Below are positions 34,267 through 46,950 of a stretch of DNA of 64,000 nt, one piece after another (within the stretch, counting starts at the first letter, position 1; every line of letters starts with the position of its first letter). The stretch is from Anthoceros angustus (taxonomy: Eukaryota > Plantae > Anthocerotophyta), in assembly GCA_010909165.1 (NCBI GenBank), contig MU008173.1:682001-746000 (forward strand), written 5' to 3'. Made by a program: the position numbers and the translations under genes. A model generated the notes under the pieces. The model had not been told where the DNA came from, made no database searches, and saw nothing but the letters and a program-made list of their open reading frames with translations.

Positions 34267-35436
34267 TGGTATCAGAGCATGGTTAAAAGACTATGGCTCC
34301 TGATCCCCATGACCAGGATATTCAATACCGATATTTCGGTCTATCCTGATCCATCGATTATGGGTCAAAGTTATTGATACAATAGTATGGTTAGGCTATT
34401 GATGTATTTACACAATAAAAGGATCTTATGATCATGTTTTACAGCGTCTCGTCTATGCGTTTGAGTAGGCGAGCAAACACGAGTCTCGATCTAGAACTAC
34501 CATCCTATTTGCTTCCGCTGTCAAGCAGGAAGAAGAAATGAAACTTTAAATTCAGAGTTTATAGAGTCTGATTTTCTGGTCAAAAACAGGGAAAAGCAAC
34601 AGGGACTTCAACAGGACTCAGCAGCATTTTCTTATGCTTGCTGAATTTTGTTAGAATCCCTGCTCTTCTCCCTGCACGACAGAATCAGCCTGTTTACAAA
34701 TGATCTCTAAAAATATGATTAAGATCCCTAATCCTAACAGATCTACACCATAATGCCTTCAAGAAGGCGTGGTCGTCGCAGATCTGCACAGAACAGGGGA
34801 TCAAATCAACCTAATCTAATTCAGGAATCACAGCAGGAAATTGCTGAACCAACTATTCACAATTTGGGCGATGGCGTGGTTACTGACCGTGACTTCCTGG
34901 CCTGGCGTATCGACAATCGACATGATCAACTTGTGCATATAATTCTTACGCAGGTGTCGTGATATTTTTCAGTTCAAGAATCATTACTGATGTGATTTCT
35001 TCCTAAATTGCATGTGCCGCGGCATTGGATCTCCTCATTCAGGAATTGCAGTGTCCTAACCAGCTTTACCCCATCTCCATGGTGCAGCCAGCCATGGGAT
35101 TGTACTTGCCCACCCTGCTGCCCACTCCTGAAAAATCGGATGTAAGCCGTTAGGGTTTCGCGTGAACGGTTGGTTCACATGAAAGGGCATTTTTCAATTA
35201 GGGTTTTTGCACATACCTGTTCGTGCTGTCTTTTTACAAGAAGCATGTCGTTTCTTGTGTTTTGCCCCTTAATGCCCCATCCCTTCATGCTGTAGATGCC
35301 CTTCTAGATCTGCACATGCATACAAAGCAGTTAGTCACCCATGCATGGATGACTGGCTGTTAGGTGACTTAGCAGACTTACCTTTTTTGGAGCACTGGTT
35401 GCTGCTGCCCAGACCTTAAATACAGGTCAATCGAGT

Positions 35437-38400
35437 ATGTCTAATTCCCCTTCTCCTCCTCTGCCCCTTCCCCCACCTTCTGGTTCGTATAACCCTGTTT
35501 TCACATCTGAACTGAAAGAAAAAGACAGGTTTAATGGTCAGAAATACGAGGTGTGGAGAGTGCGGATGAAGTCGACGTTGTTGGCTAGGGGAGTTTGGGG
35601 CATTGTAGATGGCTCTATTCCTGAACCAGCTCCCATTGCCCTCCAGGGAGATAAGGATAAGTGGGCCCATGCAAACAGTGTAGGCATAGCCCTCCTTGTT
35701 TCTGGCCTGACAGAGGATTTCATTCCTCCTATCGAGTTTCTAACTAAGGCCAGTGAGATCTGGTCACAATTAGAGAGCCAGTACAAGGTTAGTAATGTCC
35801 TCACACTCTGTGCATTACGCACGGAATTTTACGGACTAAAAATGCGAGAAGGAGATAAGGTTCTTGCTCACACCAGCAAACTTAGACACCTTCGAGCCCA
35901 ACTTACCTCTCTAGGCACTGTGATGGATGAGGTGGATGTGATTGCTCAGCTACTCACTAGCCTGCCACCCAGTTACCAGAGTTTTGTATCTGCACACAAT
36001 GTCCCCATCCGACAGGCTTTGGCTGCCGGTGCTGCTGGGAGACAAGTTATTATCACCTTAGACGAGGTGATTGGTGCACTCTTTCAGGAAGAGCAGAGTA
36101 GGCTCATGTCAGGGACTGGGAAACCCAAAGCTGACAGAGTTCTCACAGCTTTCCGTGGCAGAGGGGCATAGAAAGACAAGATGCGGATGCAGTTTTCAAA
36201 CCAGGTCAACAGAAATGAAGGCCAGCGCCATGACGCAGGACCTTCTACAAAACGCACTGGTAATTGCAATTGGTGCGGCAAACCTGGACATTGGGCTAAC
36301 GAATGTAGGAAAAAGAAAGCTGGGGAGCCACGCAAGCCTTCTCGATCCACTGCCAGTGCTATTGTCCGAGACAAGCCTGCAGATTCAAACAAGCCAGTGG
36401 TCAAAATTCTTACAGTCTGTTTGTCAACCTTAACAGGTGATGGAGCAGCCTGGTACCTGGATTCTGGGGCCACAGCCCACATATGTAGGGATGAGTCCCT
36501 CTTCACCTCCTTAACTCCCTCTTCTAGTTTAGATCGAGTGTACTTAGGAGATGAGCGTAATACAACTAGCCTGCAGATCTTAGGACAGGGTTCCTGCGTA
36601 TTCAGGCTGAGTGATGGGTCTACCTTAACTTTGACAGAGGTTTTATATGTGCCTGGTATGGCTAAAAACCTGCTTTCACTAAGTCGACTACTTAAGCTCA
36701 GGAGCTACCAGCTAACAGCTCAAGATGGCTCCTGTTGTTTTTCTAGAAAGGACTCACCCTCTGTATGCGTATTCAAGGCCCTACCTGAGCATGACTTATA
36801 CCGGCTTGACTTTACCTGCCTTGCTGGAGGAAAACCACAAGCTAATTCTACAAGTGCAGGAAACCTTTCAGCCCTCCAGCAGTCTATACTCTGGCATGCA
36901 CGGCTTGGCCATTTGAATCGCAAAGCTTTAGCTTCCCTCAGTCATAGTGATTGCTATCGTGAGCCCCTTCCTGTTCATCGAAAGGCACTTCCTCTCTGTG
37001 AGACATGTGCTCTTGCCAAGCGGAAGGAGCAACCCTTCCCCACCGGTCCAGCTCACAGATCTTCTCAACCCCTGGACTTGGTGCATGCTGACATATCTGG
37101 CCGTCTCCAGGTTTCTTCACTTGGAGGGGCAGATTACTACTTCACCATAACAGACGATTATACAAGGTACACATGGACTTTCCCCATGAAGAGGAAAAAT
37201 GAGACCTTTCCCCTTTTTCAAGACTGGCTGATCATGGTACAGCGCCAAACAGGCTGCCTCCTCAAGATCTTCAGATCTGACAATGGTACAGAATTTGTGA
37301 ATCGGTCTTTTGACAACCTCTTCACCACACAAGGGATTATCCACCAGCTAATCGTGCCCTACACGCAACAACAAAACGGTGTTGCTGAAAGGAAAAACCA
37401 GACCTTAATGAGTATGACCCGAGCCATGCTGTTGTGGTCGGGCCTCCCATCTCCTTACTGGGCAGAAGCAGTGGTCACCTCCACTTACATATTGAACAGG
37501 TTGCCCACCAGCTCTCTTGCCCTTAATATAACGCCGTTCGAGCTGTTCTGGAAACGCAAGCCGAGCCTCTTTCATCTTCGGATATTTGGTTCTCAGGCCT
37601 ATGCCTACATACCTGCCGACAAACGACGGAAGTTAGATAATCGCTCAAAGCGTCTCATCTTTGTGGGCTACAGCGAAACTGTAAAGGCATACAAGCTGAT
37701 TGACCCCATAACCAGGCAACCTGTCCTTGCAAGAAGTGTCACGTTCTTGGAACCCTTACAGTCTGCTCCATCACGAGATGAACCTCATGATCCCTTTGAG
37801 CAGCCTGACAATTCTGAAGACACATTCCTTGAGGACACAGCAGGTCTTTTATCCTTGTATCCCTTGGACGTTGATGGTGATGCCCCTAACTTACCTGCAG
37901 GACAACTAGGACCAGCTCCCGTTATTCCAGGGCCAGCTCCTGTCAATCCAGGCCTTGCTGCTGGTAACAATATTGCCAACTTGCCAGATCCCTTGGAACC
38001 TGCAGCAGACCTGAGCCATTTAGATTCTGACCAAGTTGACCAGGATGCTGAAAATCTTGATGATGACTTAGAGTTTATGGACAATCCGGATGCACAGGTG
38101 TTGGATGACATACCTTCTGAGGACGATGTGCCACCTCATCCTGACCCCGTTCTGGATGACCCTGAGAATGCTGGCCCACGTCGTTCCTCCCGACATCGAC
38201 CCCCATCTTCCGAGTGGAAGGAACCGCCATATACCAAGATAGAGACGCTGCCGCCTCTCGCTTTCTTCACCTCCGACAGTTTGCCAACTTCTCTCATCAA
38301 GCACGCATCGACCCGATAAGACAAAGTGGCAGTTCGCTGTTGACGACGAATATAACAGTTGCATCAAGAATGGTACTTGGCGTTTGGTTCCCAGACCTGC

Positions 38401-39834
38401 AAACAGGAAAGCTATAACCTGTAAGTGGGTGTTTAAACACAAACTTGATGCCCAAGGACACATAGCCCGCTACAAAGCCAGATTATGTGCCAGAGGATTT
38501 ACCCAGGTTGCTGGATTGGATTACCAAGAAACGTTCTCTCCAGTTGTACGTGCTCAATCCATCCGGATTATTCTGGCCCTTGCTGCGGAATATGACCTGG
38601 AATTGCAGCAGATGGACGTCTGCACGGCTTTTCTCCATGGTATTCTTGAGGAAGAATTATACATGGAGCAGCCGGAAGGCTATGTTGACCCTCAACACCG
38701 ACCACCTCATAATCAAATGCGACGACCAAACAAAGTGCGTAACGGTACAAAAGATGTGATACTGCCCTGAAGTCTCTGGGTTTCACCCAGTGCAAAGCTG
38801 ATTCAAATGTTTATATGTTTCGAGATGGATCTGCTTATGTTATCCTTGCGCTCTACGTCGATGATGTGATACTCGCCGCCAGTAACCCTGCCATCCTGTC
38901 ACACGTAAAGACACTATTACGGAAGACCTTTGAGATGACTGACAGTGGTGACTTGCTATTCTGTTTAGGAATCCAGGTCTTGAGGGTTCGATCAGAGGGA
39001 CTGCTCATCATACATCAACACAAGTATATCGCAGAGATTCTACATCGGTTTCACATGGGACAGGCCCATCCGGCCACAACTCCAGGTGCTGCAGGCACGA
39101 AACTTACCAGATACGAGTCTCCTGTGACAGATGCTGATAAGCAGGACATGCTCGATGTGCCTTATCGTCAGGCTGTTGGTAGCTTGATCTTTGTCAGCAA
39201 CTGGACGAGACCAGATGTTCAGCACTCGGTTAGTACTGTCTCACAATTCCTCGACACTCCAGGACGTGCCCACTGGACAGCTGTGAAAAGAATTTTTCGC
39301 TATCTTAAAGGCACCCATTACTTTGGTCTATGCTATAAGCGCACTGGACAGCCTCACCTTGTGCTTGAGGGATACACGGATGCAGACTGGGCCTCAGATA
39401 GTGACTCACGTAAGAGTCTCTCCACATATGTTTTTCTTCTAGCACAGGCCACCATCAATTGGAGTTGTAAAAGCGCAGTATCGCCTATCCAAGATGTCTG
39501 AAAGTATAAATCATTGACTGACGCTACGAAAGAAGTGGAGTGGGAGCGGTCATTCCTCCATGACCTTGGGCATACAAAATGATCCTACTCACCACATCGT
39601 GATAATCGCTTATTGCTCTTGTTGCCAACCCCGCCACGCCGGAAACACATTGAAGTTCACCACCACTATGTCAGAGATGTTGCTGCAAGGGGCCTGGTTA
39701 AGATTCTCTATGTACCTACAGAGGACAATACAGCAGACATCTTGACCAAGGCTCTATCTAAAGACAAGCATCACAAACATATGCAGAGCCTAGGGCTGAT
39801 GAACTATCAAGCCTATTTTAGACTCAAAACATGA
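35437..39834 (+). pseudogene. Copia gag-pol polyprotein with an in-frame TAG (36169), a frameshift (~38310), a scrambled RT segment (~38696-38755) and RNase H frameshifts
   Basis: ORFs 35437-36171 and 36181-38319 are in the same frame. RT continues in other frames at 38324-38770 and 38815-39501, and the RNase H end is RRKHIEVHHHYVRD...EDNTADILTKAL. Confidence 0.9.
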
Positions 39835-40528
39835 CATGCTGCAGGACAGATCAGGGGACTTACGGGTGAGGCCCATGTCCTCGGTTTTTGCAGATGTTAG
39901 TCGGCTACCCCCTTTTGTTTCTTTAGTCTGACTGCTGCTCCAATTTGAGGGAGGTTAGCTTCACAACATGTCACGTACGCCTGTGGATGAAGCTCCACGA
40001 CTTTTTAATCACCTGGATGCTTCTGGCGATCTTTTTCTTCCTCCTGCAGTATTTTAAGCAGCCCCACATTGGGCTCAAGTGGCCTTAGCATCGCCTCATC
40101 TCCAGATTCTTGAGATGCCTCATTGCTTCCTTTCAGCTACCAAGATAGTGTCACATTAAACAGCACCTTCCAGCCGCCTATTCTGAGGCTAGTCCCGATC
40201 AGGTGGGACTCCTCCCACTCCTCCTCGGCCGCCTTGCAGGCTGCTCCCTTTGCGCCCTGCGCTTGGCTCTCTTTGCTGGCATTGTGCACTCCAGGATCAC
40301 TCTTGCTGCTTGGGCTCCTGCGAAGACGATCACAAGGAACGCTGCATATGCTGTCGCGAGATTTGTAGTAGGCTCCATCTGCCCCAGCTCACGTCCTTGC
40401 AGTGATGAGTGCTGCTGGTTATTTCTTACGTGCATGCCTCCGCCTTGTGACCGTCCTGCACCGCCTTCACAAGCCGCGTGCTCAGTCCCGCCTTTACGCC
40501 TCCTAAGCTCGTCTCGCTTAAGGGAGGG

Positions 40529-40721
40529 TGTTGAGGGGTAACCTCACTCGCTTAGGTTTATTTACCCTAGGTTAGTTATGTATGGGTTATTTAGTGAAGG
40601 GGTGCGTAGACTAGTGAATGGGCTTATATCCATTTACACAACTCTTTTGTATTCATTCTCTCTTATGCATAATATACGATTGTTCTTCATGCTCTCTTCT
40701 CCTGCTCTACCATCCTCGATA
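40529..40721 (+). repeat. 3' LTR of Copia element 1
   Basis: Preceded by a PPT and followed by the TSD ctcag. Confidence 0.95.
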
Positions 40722-41030
40722 CTCAGGCTAGCTAGAAAAGCCGAAGAGGGAGGCATGGTGCAAATAAGGTACCCCGGGAGACGCGCAAAGCAAGAAGAGA
40801 GGAGACCAAACGCCACCTGTGGATCCCCTAATAGAGAAAGGCCCCCAATGTGTGCCAAATCCTCCTTCAAAGTTTTGTCTACGTACTCCTGTATGAAGTT
40901 AGGGGGCCCCACCGGAACCCTTAAAATGCAAACCCCCTGCGGAGAAGCAATATCCCCTTAGGATTTTGAAGAGAGGGCGTAACACCTGACGGGGACCATA
41001 CCTTCCACAAAGTGGAGAAAGATGGCTGAT
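40722..41030 (-). mobile_element. 5' remnant (RT C-terminal region) of the CRE-like LINE split by the Copia insertion
   Basis: Minus-strand KVWSPSG...GVCILRVPVGPPNFIQEYVDKTLKEDLAHIGGLSLLGDPQVAFGLLSSCFARLPGYLICTMPP, typical of the post-RT region of RLE-type LINEs. It is contiguous with 34073 across the TSD. Confidence 0.7.
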
Positions 41031-42319
41031 GCAGTGCATTCCTTGTATGGTGAAACCTATCAGATGGTTGAGGTGTTCCAAGTGGCTGAGAAAATGTTGA
41101 AAGGAGATGCAGTCACAAACGCATACTGAGGAGAGCATAATGTGATCAGGAGCAACACATCAAAGCAGCTTGCTAGGAGGCTCACCCGGAACTCAAGCCA
41201 AAAGAGATGGCGAGTCAAATGAAAAAGGCGGTATGTTCCCACGGAAAGCGTTGATGGGGCAAGTGGAGAAGTTCAAGGAGCTTGCCAACATGATGAGCCG
41301 CCGTCAGAAGAGGATTTCGAATGACTCTGATATGGAGGCCTATGCATTGTCAGCAGCTACGGGGCATAAAGAAAAAAGGAAGGAATGGAGTCACTGGCAA
41401 GGAGACAATGATTCGACAATAGTTGAAGATGTCAGAATCATTTAGGCAGCAAGAAGATAAAGGAGGCAGTGAGGTGACGAAGGAGTCCAGCTCGCAACCA
41501 AGTGCAGAAGCATTGTAGGAGAGAGCGAATTTATTTATTTATTCATTTAAGAATGTACATGTAGTGATGGCTCGTACAATGGGAACATGACATGCGCGGG
41601 GATCCGACCCTTTGAGCTTTTATTTGCAAGAAGATCTATTTTTTGTTGTAAAGTATTCTATTTTTAATGAATTTGTCTTTTTTTTAATCTCTTGACCACC
41701 CGGTCCATGTTGGTGGTCGTAATGAAGCAGGGGTGTGCTAAGGGGGTTGATCTAAATTTCAGAGTATCTTTATTGTGTATTGCTAGGGGGCCAACCTGTC
41801 AAATTGCAGGGACAATCTTTTTCTCTGGTTTTCTCTGATGTGGTGAACTAAAAGATGTATGTTGGAGGGTTTTCGGCAGCACGGCCACAAAGTTCATCTC
41901 ATCTACACCCACTAATAGGAGATTCGAGTGAAGGTAGGTCGGAAAAAAACTCGGAGTTCTGGAGATACCTGCCCAGGATCCCGGCTCATGGTAAGACCTC
42001 TTTCAGAAGATCCGAGATGGGTGTATGAGTTGATTGAAGGGTCTCCATTCCGTGCGCTAGCTCGCTTGTGGGCTTCCATGGGTGATATCTTTCTCCATTC
42101 TTTTCAGATCTTTCATGGCTCTATACCTTCTACCGGAAGAGGCTTTGTACAATCAGCCGATTCAAATATTATCATGTTAACCTTATCGATTAAGTAATGT
42201 TAAGTAATGAATCTAAGCTCGGCTAATATTAGATTGATTAAATAGATATCCTAAATATTCTAATACCTCCGTAAACCAGAATAGATGAATTAGGTGCCAT
42301 CTCTAACCCTTTAGCCCCT

Positions 42320-43763
42320 TGATGAAGGGGTATTACCCCCTAAATATTCTAGCACCCCCTGTAATCCAGAATAGAAGTATTAGGTGTCATCTCTAAGGGT
42401 GAGTCCCAATTTTTGGCAACAATGTTCGTGCTTGGGTATTGGTAACCCTTTGGTAAGCTAATTGGTCTTCAGTAGGTACGTAGGCCAACTCCAATCCTCT
42501 TGCTTCAATCTTCTCGCACAGAAAATGAAGTGAGGGCAGGGGTAGAAGCTTTGGGATAAGTGGAGGGAGCACAGTGCTTGGAGAGACAACCCATGCACCC
42601 TGGCGAGCTCCAAGTGCTCTTGGCAGTGTTAAGGATTTCCAGGAGAAGTCGGAGGTTTGGACTTAGCATGGTGTGACCCAGGAGAGGAAATTAGGGGCAA
42701 TGCAGTTGAGGAATCTGGGCATGGTGGGGAGAAGATAGCGAAGACAAGCTTGATGAGAACTTCGCCGGATTGTTGGAGGGACTAGTGAGGAAGTAGATCC
42801 TCGTGCTTGCTGGCAGCACGTTCGATAAGGAGGAGTTCTCAGGGCAATAACGGCTTAGCCCACGGACATGAGTGGAGGAACAATAACAACGCTATGGTGC
42901 ATGAAGGTGTGTGTGTGAGACTTGTTTTGCAGAGGACGGAATTCTAGATGAAAATAGGGAGTTTGGCATCGAATCAACAAGGGGTGGAATTGTTCAGCTT
43001 AGGGGATTGCAAGCCCGAGGAGCATGCACGCAGGATGTGCCAGCTCTGTGAACACGGCTGAACGAAGCCAAGAGCCTGCCCGCCTACCTAGTTTGTGGCA
43101 CATGCTAAGAACATGGAGGGAGTGAGACTGTAAGAAGCGATAGGGAGCAATTTGAATTTGTGAGGAGGATAGGCCCTCATCTTAGCTGTAGGGTGTGCCC
43201 CCTCAAGTTCGACGAATGTATAAGAGGTCAAGGCTAATGAGCCATAGGCAAGCAGAATGCAATTCTCAGGCCCATCTCTATTCACTTGGACGTCTATGCA
43301 TGACAAGGCTGGCCCATCCAGGCCATTCCCTTGCCGTGCAATCCAGTATTCTGAATCTGATCATCATTGAGTGTGTGTGTCCCAAACGTGAAGTCCTTGT
43401 TTCGAGATTGCATACATGTTTCTTTTTGCATTGTGAGTTGACGGTGAACGTGCAAGCCTCTTTGCTGAAGGACAAGCAGCCAGGCATCAGCCAATCTTTC
43501 CTTATTCTGAAGAGAATCAATAGCTCTTAGGCGCAAAGTGCTAGAATACAATGAATTAAGAAATCAAAGAGTGCAAGCCTATTTAAAGGCCATATGGTTG
43601 CAACCATAAGTTGTTGCAACCAACTTGTAACCATAAAGTAGTTATAACTAATAACTACCATCTACTAACTACAAAAAACAACTACCTATGCCCTAGCATT
43701 TAATTAATCATTAAATGCTAGTGCCCTAGTGAATAGTGCCCTAGAAGGTCATATATTTCATCA
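42320..43763 (-). repeat. Putative 3' LTR (1444 bp) of minus-strand Copia element 2
   Basis: Perfect 7-bp inverted termini TGATGAA (42320) and TTCATCA (43757-43763). A minus-strand PPT gagtgggag abuts it at 43764-43772, and a TATA-like tttaaata lies at ~43580 on the minus strand. No partner LTR was found in the window. Confidence 0.65.
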
Positions 43764-44087
43764 CTCCCACTCAGTATGAGATAGGGGTGAAAAATAGCTT
43801 CTAAATGAGTCTACTTAGGCTAATAGACTCCCACTAGAGAGCTAACTGTGAGCAAAATTAAAGGTGAACTAAACGTTAACTTGAAATCATAAAATAAGTT
43901 CAAGTCTTGAACTTGAAATATGAAATAGGCCATAAGGCCAATACTGAATCAATAAAGGGAATATCCCTTCATATGTACCCCCTTCGTATGGGGATACATG
44001 AATCAGTTACTTCACGGGGCCGCTCCTTCACACACATGAACTTTGCGCACCTGGCCGGCTAAAAAAAACTGATGTTGAAGAGGACCT

Positions 44088-46950
44088 GTGGTGATGGAGG
44101 GAGCACGCTGCAGATCTGTGGAAAGGAAAGCCCGCGTGCGCGCCCAGCTGAGGCGCGACGCGCGTGGGTGCTTCCTCCCCCACACGCACGCGCACTCGCT
44201 CATGGGGAGGTGCTGCGCCCGGTCCACATGTGAGGAGGATGCCGAATCTGTTGCTGCCTTGGAAATTTTGGGGCTTGATGTGCTGAACGGGGGTCTACTG
44301 CTGAGGGCGCACCCCCCTAAAGGGATGGAGAGGGGCGCCCTTGCATCAAACATGAAGATCCACCTGCATTTCCATAAACCTGCACAAAAACCACTTTCTG
44401 GCTTGAGAAATTGTGAAGCTCGGCCCGTGAATGATGAACACACTGCTGATATGAGGGAAGGTGGGGCATGGGCGCCCCAGCCTTCTACTCCTAATGACCA
44501 AGTGCCCCAAAACAATTCCCCTTGTGCTGATCACAAGCTGGATGAAGCCAATGAATAGATACTACAAAATGTTGCCAACGCCTTGAGGGCAAGTGAGCAC
44601 TTTATCTTTGAGTTGAGTTTCGATTCTTCTATTGCCAAAATACTAATCCATTTTTAAATGCTTGATATAGGTGAAATGGAAAATTGCGATAAAGGCAACC
44701 CAATACAAACTTTGCACCCTTCAATGGCCACCATAAATTTCAGCCGAGAGGCTCCACATCTGGTTTACATTTCATCGTCGTCGTTCGAGTCCATGAAGGC
44801 TGAGTGGCATGAAGACGACACTGATGATGAGGATATCTCAAGTGGTCAAGCTGCTGAAATAAAAATGGCCAAATCCAAAGCTCCAGAAATATGTGAAGGC
44901 AATCCCTCATGGAGGTCAAGGACCCTGAGGACCTTTTCTTTGGAGGAGAAGCAAGTCGAGGATCTGAGCCGATATGCAACTGGTAAGTGCCTTCCATTGC
45001 TTCTAATAACTCCTCCGAAATTTAATAAATTCCTGTTGCATTTGGCTAATGGAGGTTTTTGATAAATCAGCTTATGAGCAAAGGATGAGGGGATTATATT
45101 GATGGATGATGAGGAGCTGGACCCGAGTAAAGGAAAAGAGAAACTGGAGAGTGGTTAGTTGGACTAATGATTTTTAGGAATATGTATTTAGCTTAGGCCA
45201 TTATGCATGTGCTAACCTATGTTATGTGATAACCCAAGTGAAATGAAATGCTCAAGCACTAAGGAAGTGACTCTGGCAATACCAAGGAGGCAAAAAACTA
45301 ATGGGAAAGAAAAATATGATATCCCAGATGGTTTGATGCCAATGGGTAACTTAGATAAGCAAGTTTACCTGGTGTGCCCGAGTACTTGAACATGGTTATC
45401 TCAGGAGATGTATGCAAGAAGACCGCACATATATGTGGTTAGGATGTGAACCTTGCATGTAATTTTGAAGGCCACGTTAAACACACATATAGTAAGTGCA
45501 ATGCCTTATCCTAATAGCACTTTATAAATTTGTAATAAGAACTATAAACTAATACCTAATGATTTGTTTATTAAGCTAGGACGCTAAGTGTTGACTCTAG
45601 AGAAATCATTTTGCTTTTGATCAAGTATCTAATATACCCAATTTCTTCATGTGTTTATTGTGTAAATCCCGACCTAAGGACTTGGTCAATATGTAAGGGT
45701 TGTCCTAAGTTTGGATATAATTTATATCTATAGTTTTATTCTCTAACATCTCACGATGTAATGATACTCGACTATGTGCTTAGTTCTAGAGTGGAAGACA
45801 GTGGTTAGAGCTAGAGCTATGGCTCCCTCGACTATCATCGCACAATGGAGTTGGACTGGTTTGAATATGATTGAGTTCACTCAAAGCTAACCTACTCCAT
45901 ACAATATCCTTAGAGACCCGAGGTGAGGACCCTATACTCGACTCAAGATTGATAAATCAATGGTGATGCTTCTTACTTGACCATGAGATAGAGGCTCCTC
46001 CCAAAGAGAACATAGCCCGATACGATTTTCGGCATCGTCGCCGCATACATGACATATGTTAGAGTTAATTTTGATATGCCGGTGTCCGCTATACATGAGT
46101 CTTGTGCATAGTTCCTTTGAGGTACCGAATATACGCTTAACACATTGCTGTTGTCTTCGTGGTTCTCAAGAAACTATGAAACCGCACTAACTTCAAAAGA
46201 TATATCCGCTCTTGTGAAGTTGCTTAAGTATATCAAGGTGCCAACAAGATGTCCGTAAGGCACCGCTAACATTTCATCCTTCTCAACTGCTTTGAGACTC
46301 ATCTCAAGTGGTCAAGTCCGAAAATAATGGCCAAATCCAAAGCTCCAAATATGTGAAGGCAATCCTCATGGAGGTCAAGGACCCCGAGGACCTTTTCTTT
46401 GGAGGAGAAGCAAGTCGAGGATCCGAGCCGATATGCAATCGGTAAGTGCCTTCCATTGCTTCTAATAACTCCGAAATTTAATAAATTCATATTTGGCTAA
46501 TGGAGGTTTTTGATAAACTATGAGCAAAGGATGAGGATTATATTGATGGATGATGAGGAGCTGGACCCGAGTAAAGGAAAAGAGAAACTGGAGAGTGGTT
46601 AGTTGGACTAATGATTTTTAGGAATATGTATTTAGCTTAGGCCATTATGCATGTGCTAACCTATGTTATGTGATAACCCAAGTGAAATGAAATGCTCAAG
46701 CACTAAGGAAGTGACTCTGGCAATACCAAGGAGGCAAAAAACTAATGGGAAAGAAAAATATGATATCCCAGATGGTTTGATGCCAATGGGTAGCTTAGAT
46801 AAGCAAGTTTACCTGGTGTGCTCCGGAGTACTTGAACATGGTTATACCCCAGAGGAGTATGTATGCAAGAAGACCGGCGTACATATGGTGTGGTTAGGAT
46901 GTGAACCTTGCACAGAATTTGAAGGCCACGTTAAACACACATATAGTAAG
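44088..46950 (+). other. Putative spliced antisense cargo gene in the 3' region of Copia element 2 (partly duplicated)
   Basis: Frame-compatible phase-1 junctions 44592/44671 and 44982/45071, further strong donors at 45154 (GTTAGT) and 46947 (GTAAGT), branch-like ctaac/ctaat motifs, and a Cys/His-rich segment YVCKKTGVHMVWLGCEPC...H. It contains one in-frame TAG (44556) and homopolymer indels. Confidence 0.45.

Larger units (their letters stand above)
34074..40721 (+). mobile_element. Full-length Ty1/Copia LTR retrotransposon (6648 bp) with identical 193-bp LTRs and CTCAG TSD
   Basis: LTRs 34074-34266 and 40529-40721, PBS TGGTATCAGAGC at 34267, PPT ttaagggaggg at 40518-40528, TSD ctcag at 34069-34073 and 40722-40726. 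Domain order is gag (35437), CCHC knuckle, protease (WYLDSGATAH), GAG-pre-integrase (WHARLGH), integrase, RT (YVDD) and RNase H (YTDADWA), with several lesions. Confidence 0.97.

Noticed and set aside
34123-34377. ORFs beginning MYGLFSEGVRR (also at 40578)
   Set aside because: These are chance frames starting inside the identical LTRs.
40123-40541. Short ORFs in the 3' untranslated region of Copia element 1
   Set aside because: They overlap on both strands with no motif or splice support.
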